Source of the DNA: Planctomycetota bacterium
GTDB taxonomy: Bacteria > Planctomycetota > UBA11346
Direction of reading: 5' to 3'
DNA: 64,000 nt
Assembly (NCBI GenBank): GCA_038231435.1
Contig: JBBRLJ010000031.1
Coordinates: 1 to 64,000 of the forward strand
Shown here: positions 59,689 through 64,000 of the stretch, one piece after another
How positions within the stretch are numbered: position 1 is the stretch's first letter
Layout: each line of letters begins with the position of its first letter
Position numbers and translations under genes: made by a program
The notes under the pieces: generated by a model
Seen by the model: the letters and a program-made list of their open reading frames with translations, nothing else
The model's database searches: none
What the model was told of the DNA's origin: nothing

Positions 59689-60305
59689 GGGCGTAGGAGC
59701 CGGGCAGGACTCCCTGAGATGCACAGTTACAGATCATCGAAGCCGGCGGACAACACATGACGGTGATTGACGAGAGCACGGCACCGGTGCCGACACGAAC
59801 CGTCTTAGGTCTCTTGCGGCAGTTGAGCACCTCCGCTCTCGCGGGGCTCCTGCGATAAACGGGCTGAATGGAAGTCTGTGGCGCTGATGAGTTTCCCCCT
59901 TCTCTATCCCGCACACTGGCTGCTAGCACTGTTCGTGAGCCACGGCGTGGATGTGGTCATGGGCATGTCGGCGGCAAAGGTTGGCGCTTCGCCGGAATCG
60001 AAACGCTTCCTCGCCTCTGGCGCGAAGACCGCCGTCATCGACTGCATGGTGGTTGATGACTGCACCATAACCGTTCGCTTGATCCGTCGCTGTGCTCATC
60101 CATCGACCGAGATGCTCTCGGCATATGGAGTTACCGATCTTTCATTCGGGCGACTGCCGAGGAGCCGTGCATTCTGCACGGCGAAGGCCCATTAAAGTCT
60201 TGGGAAACAAAGGGTGTTTCCTGAATCTCACGGAGTAAACAGACCACCCGGAGTGGGGTCATCCTCCCACCTGCGCAGGTCCCTTGTTCAAAGTAAGGTG
60301 AGCCC

Positions 60306-63300
60306 ATGACCGACGATTCGATGCGAGTAGCAACACCGATTGGTGTGCAGGCGCTCCCCGACAACCAGTCATCACTAGCCGATGAGGAAACCCCCGACCT
60401 GCCGCGCAGACTACCGCAGTTTCCGGTAGTGTGCGTCGGAGCATCGGCAGGAGGTCTGTCTGCGTTTTCGAAATTCCTCGCCGGGATATCCGTCAATACC
60501 GGTATGGCGTTCGTGCTCGTGCAGCATCTCGCTCCGCAGCACGAGAGCCAGTTGGCGCAGATCCTCGCGAAAGCGACCCGACTGCCGGTAGGCGAAGCGA
60601 TCCATGGCACGGTCGTGCGTCCGAACCACGTGTACGTGATCCCGCCTAACGTCAACATGGCCATCGTCCACGGCATCCTGCAGATGACCCCGCGCGAGAC
60701 GACGCACGGCCTGCACCTCTCGATCGATTTTTTCATGCGCTCGCTGGCGTTGGACCGAGCCAGCCGTGCCATCGGCATCGTCATGTCGGGCAACGGGTCC
60801 GACGGCACCTTGGGGTTGGCCGAGATCAAGTCAGCGGGCGGCATCACCTTCGCCCAGAATCCCGTATCGGCCGAGAGCGGCGAGATGCCGGCGAGCGCCA
60901 TCGCTTACGGGAACTCGGATATCGTCCTCGATCCCGCCGAGATCGCCCACGTGATCTGCGATATGAGCCGGCACGCGTATCTGCGCGAGGACCGGGCTTA
61001 CGATGTCGATCCGTTCCCGGACGACCACCCGAGCTACAGCGCCGTACTGGCGGTGCTGAAGGATACCGCCCACATCGATTTCACCCTCTATCGCGCATCG
61101 ACGATCAAACGCCGCATCCTGCGGCGGATGGCGATCCAAAACATCTCAGCGCTCACCGACTATGCCCGCGATCTGGCCGGAAACGTTCAGGAAGCGCAGA
61201 TCCTGCTTAAGGACGTGCTCATCAACGTCACCAGCTTCTTCCGCGACGAGGTCGTGTTCGAAGCGGTGAAGTCCTTGGTCTTTCCGCAGCTGTCCTCGGA
61301 CCGCAACGCCGATTCGCCGATACGGATCTTGGTCGTGGCCTGCTCGACTGGCCAGGAGGCGTATTCTTGGGCCATCGAGTTGATCGAGCATTCCGAGCGC
61401 GTGAAGATTCATCGACCGATCCAGATTTTCGCTACTGACATCAGCGAAGGATCGCTCGTCGTCGCGCGCGCCGGCGTATATCCAGCCAGCATCGAGGGCG
61501 AGGTCTCGCCCGAACGCCTGAAGCGGCATTTCGTCAGGGTCCCCGAAGGCTACCGCGTCAACAAGTCGATCCGCGATCTCTGCGTGTTCGCTAAGCACGA
61601 TGTCATCGCCGACACCCCGTTCTCGAAGATCGACCTGATCAGCTGCCGCAATGTGCTCATCTACCTCACGCCGATCCTGCAGGCGCAGGTGATCCCTACC
61701 CTGTGCTATTCCCTGAACGTGGGCGGGTTTCTCGTTTTGGGCAGCACCGAGACCATCGGCCAGTCGACGGACCTGTTCGATCCCCTCGACGCCAAGAACC
61801 GGGTCTATGTCAAGAAGGCGGGGGTGGGCCGGGTACACCCAGCGATCTTTACGGCGAGTCGGCACACCTCAGGAGCGTCCACGGCCGCGCAGGTCCGTTC
61901 GCCTGCGATGATCGAGCTCAAGCTCGCCGCAGATCGCATCGTCCTCGACCGCTACGCGCCGGCCAGCGTCCTCGTCGATGGAGACCTGAACATCATCCAA
62001 TTCCGCGGCAAGACCGCTGGAATCCTTGAGCCCAGCCAGGGCCAGGCCAGCCTCAACCTGCTGAAGATGGTGCCCAGCGGCTTGTCACAGAAGCTGGCCA
62101 TGGTGATCGAGGAGGCCCGTCGGCAGAACGTAACGGTGCGAAGCAAGGGCATCTGCCGACGCGAGGATCAGCGCGAGCACGAGATCGGCTTCGAGGTCAG
62201 CCCAGTGAGTCTTCCAGGGTCAAAGGATGCCTCGATCCTCATCCTCTTCGATGAGCCGGAGTCCGTAGAGACTGCGGCGAAGGTGGCATCCGCCCCGACG
62301 ATCACGGCTCCCCGAGCTGAGGGAGTAGTCTCCACGACACGCGATTCCAGCGATTACGATCGACTGCTCAGGGACAACAGGCAGCTGAAACAGGAGCTGG
62401 CAACCGCCAGTGGATACCTGCAGTCCCTGATCGAGCAGAACAATGTGGTCAACGACGAACTCCGAACCGCCAGCGACGAGACCACCTCGGCCAACGAGGA
62501 GCTGCGCTGCACCAACGAGGAGCTGCAGACTGCCAAAGAGGAGGTCGAATCAGCGAACGAAGAATTGGCGACCCTCAATGAGGAGCTGCGCAACCGCAAT
62601 CATGAGATCAGTCTCACCAGCGACGACTTGACCAATCTCTTGGACGGGATCGATCAGCCGGTGCTGATGCTGGGCGAGAATCTGCGCATCCGCCGCATCT
62701 CGGGTCCGACGGCCAAGAGCCTGCGCCTCGGGGTCGCCGACATCGGACGCCACGTCAGCACCTTGGAAATCGGCTTCACCGGAGCGGGGCTCGAGGACGT
62801 CGCTGGCGAGGTGATCGCGACGCGCACCCCGAAGGAGGTGGAAGTCCGAGACCGTTCGGGCCGCTGGTATTCGATGCGCGTCACGCCCTATCGGACCGAA
62901 GGCGACAGCGTCTCGGGGGTGGTGGCCACCTTCATTGACATCGACGTCCTCAAGCGCACCCAGGAGAGCCTGTATAGATCATACGACACCGCCAAGGCGA
63001 TCATCGAGACTGTCGGCCAACCGCTGATTGTGCTCGACGCGCATCTGCTGGTGCAGAGGGCCAATCGCGCCTTCGCCCAGTTGATTGGAATGCCGCAAGA
63101 ATCCATCCTCGCCAGCCCCATCAATCGCATCGGCGATGCGGCATTCGACATCCCCGAGCTGCGTCGCCGGCTCGATGGTGTGCTTGAAGGCCGGGCCATG
63201 GACAATGTCGAGGTGACCCACGTCTTCGCGCACTCAGGGCCACGCACCTTGGTGCTCAACGCACGCCTACTCGAGGGAACGGCGGAAGGCGTGCGTATGA

Positions 63301-64000
63301 TCGTCCTGGCCATCGCCGATGTGACGGACCAGAAGCGGCTGACCGACGATCTCAAGCGGTCGGCACACGAGCTCATGCGCTCGAATAGCGAGTTGGAGCA
63401 GTTCGCTGCCATCGCCTCGCACGATCTCAAAGAGCCGCTGCGCATGATCATCAACTACACCGAATTGTTGAAGAAACGTCTCGCCAACCAGCTCGACGAG
63501 ACGTCCAAGGAGTTCATGGCATTCGTCATCGATGGCGGCAGGCGCATGCATATGCTCATCGAGGCCATCCTCACCTACTCGAGGGTGGGGCACCAGGGCC
63601 TCAATGCCACCCTGGTGAGCTCCATGGAGCTGGCGCGCCTCGCCGCGCTGAATCTCGAACGCAAGATCATCAACGCTCAAGCGATGGTTGAATTCGGTAT
63701 CCTGCCGCCGGTCCATGCGGATCCGGTGCTCCTGACGCAGTTGTTTCAGAACTTGATGAGCAATGGCATCAAGTTCAGAAGCAAGACCCGCGCTCCGGTC
63801 ATTACCATATCCGGAGTGGCTGGGGATAAGGAGTGGATCTTCACGATTGCCGACAATGGCATTGGCATCCATATCGAGGATACCGAGCGCATCTTCATGC
63901 TCTTCCAGCGGGTTCATGCGGCGTCGGAGTATCCCGGCACCGGAATCGGGCTGGCGACCTGCAAGAAGATCGTCGAGCGCCACGGCGGACGCATCTGGAT
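60306..64000 (+). CDS. CheB-CheR-PAS-histidine kinase fusion (3' end beyond window)
   Basis: Manual translation at key points, all in one frame: GASAGG, QHL, SGNGSDG (CheB); INVTSFFRD, ACSTGQEAYS, SCRNVLIY (CheR); NEEL coiled coil; PAS-like segments; ASHDLKEPL, NGIKF, DNGIGI, GTGIGL (kinase). Confidence 0.93.
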   Translation, partial: MTDDSMRVATPIGVQALPDNQSSLADEETPDLPRRLPQFPVVCVGASAGGLSAFSKFLAGISVNTGMAFVLVQHLAPQHESQLAQILAKATRLPVGEAIHGTVVRPNHVYVIPPNVNMAIVHGILQMTPRETTHGLHLSIDFFMRSLALDRASRAIGIVMSGNGSDGTLGLAEIKSAGGITFAQNPVSAESGEMPASAIAYGNSDIVLDPAEIAHVICDMSRHAYLREDRAYDVDPFPDDHPSYSAVLAVLKDTAHIDFTLYRASTIKRRILRRMAIQNISALTDYARDLAGNVQEAQILLKDVLINVTSFFRDEVVFEAVKSLVFPQLSSDRNADSPIRILVVACSTGQEAYSWAIELIEHSERVKIHRPIQIFATDISEGSLVVARAGVYPASIEGEVSPERLKRHFVRVPEGYRVNKSIRDLCVFAKHDVIADTPFSKIDLISCRNVLIYLTPILQAQVIPTLCYSLNVGGFLVLGSTETIGQSTDLFDPLDAKNRVYVKKAGVGRVHPAIFTASRHTSGASTAAQVRSPAMIELKLAADRIVLDRYAPASVLVDGDLNIIQFRGKTAGILEPSQGQASLNLLKMVPSGLSQKLAMVIEEARRQNVTVRSKGICRREDQREHEIGFEVSPVSLPGSKDASILILFDEPESVETAAKVASAPTITAPRAEGVVSTTRDSSDYDRLLRDNRQLKQELATASGYLQSLIEQNNVVNDELRTASDETTSANEELRCTNEELQTAKEEVESANEELATLNEELRNRNHEISLTSDDLTNLLDGIDQPVLMLGENLRIRRISGPTAKSLRLGVADIGRHVSTLEIGFTGAGLEDVAGEVIATRTPKEVEVRDRSGRWYSMRVTPYRTEGDSVSGVVATFIDIDVLKRTQESLYRSYDTAKAIIETVGQPLIVLDAHLLVQRANRAFAQLIGMPQESILASPINRIGDAAFDIPELRRRLDGVLEGRAMDNVEVTHVFAHSGPRTLVLNARLLEGTAEGVRMIVLAIADVTDQKRLTDDLKRSAHELMRSNSELEQFAAIASHDLKEPLRMIINYTELLKKRLANQLDETSKEFMAFVIDGGRRMHMLIEAILTYSRVGHQGLNATLVSSMELARLAALNLERKIINAQAMVEFGILPPVHADPVLLTQLFQNLMSNGIKFRSKTRAPVITISGVAGDKEWIFTIADNGIGIHIEDTERIFMLFQRVHAASEYPGTGIGLATCKKIVERHGGRIW

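Overview
High-GC bacterial chromosomal segment. A Planctomycetota-like origin is my inference from gene-family content and is not proven. About 4-59 kb is a densely packed, loosely organised housekeeping region: putA, murA, ugd, addAB-type helicase-nuclease, accBC, a dehydrogenase E2, rny, menF/menD, glgA, miaB, truD, mreD-like, RNase HII-like, glnD, aroA, rsmD, murJ, purU, rbsK, proS, a Ser/Thr kinase and tRNA-Arg(CCG). Both ends are accessory. The left end (1-3.9 kb, visibly more AT-rich) carries a NusG/RfaH-type paralog broken by one in-frame amber codon. It heads an array of orphan Rhs toxin tips plus a candidate immunity lipoprotein, and the last tip is interrupted by an IS3-family element. 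The right end, after the tRNA, has a hairpin cluster, small ORFs and a CheB-CheR-PAS-histidine kinase fusion that runs off the window. Most notable observations: the NusG-paralog/Rhs locus; a TANNNT box 6-7 nt before many start codons (probable leaderless transcription); a divergent PhyH-dioxygenase pair with a 21-bp-spaced direct repeat and AraC regulator; a PfkB protein lacking its catalytic Asp; a 29-residue-periodic Gln-rich lipoprotein; an AddB with all Fe-S cysteines replaced; and two candidate structured RNAs (before ugd and before rny). No CRISPR array, rRNA, integrase or reverse transcriptase was seen. All calls come from motif recognition by eye; no database search was run.
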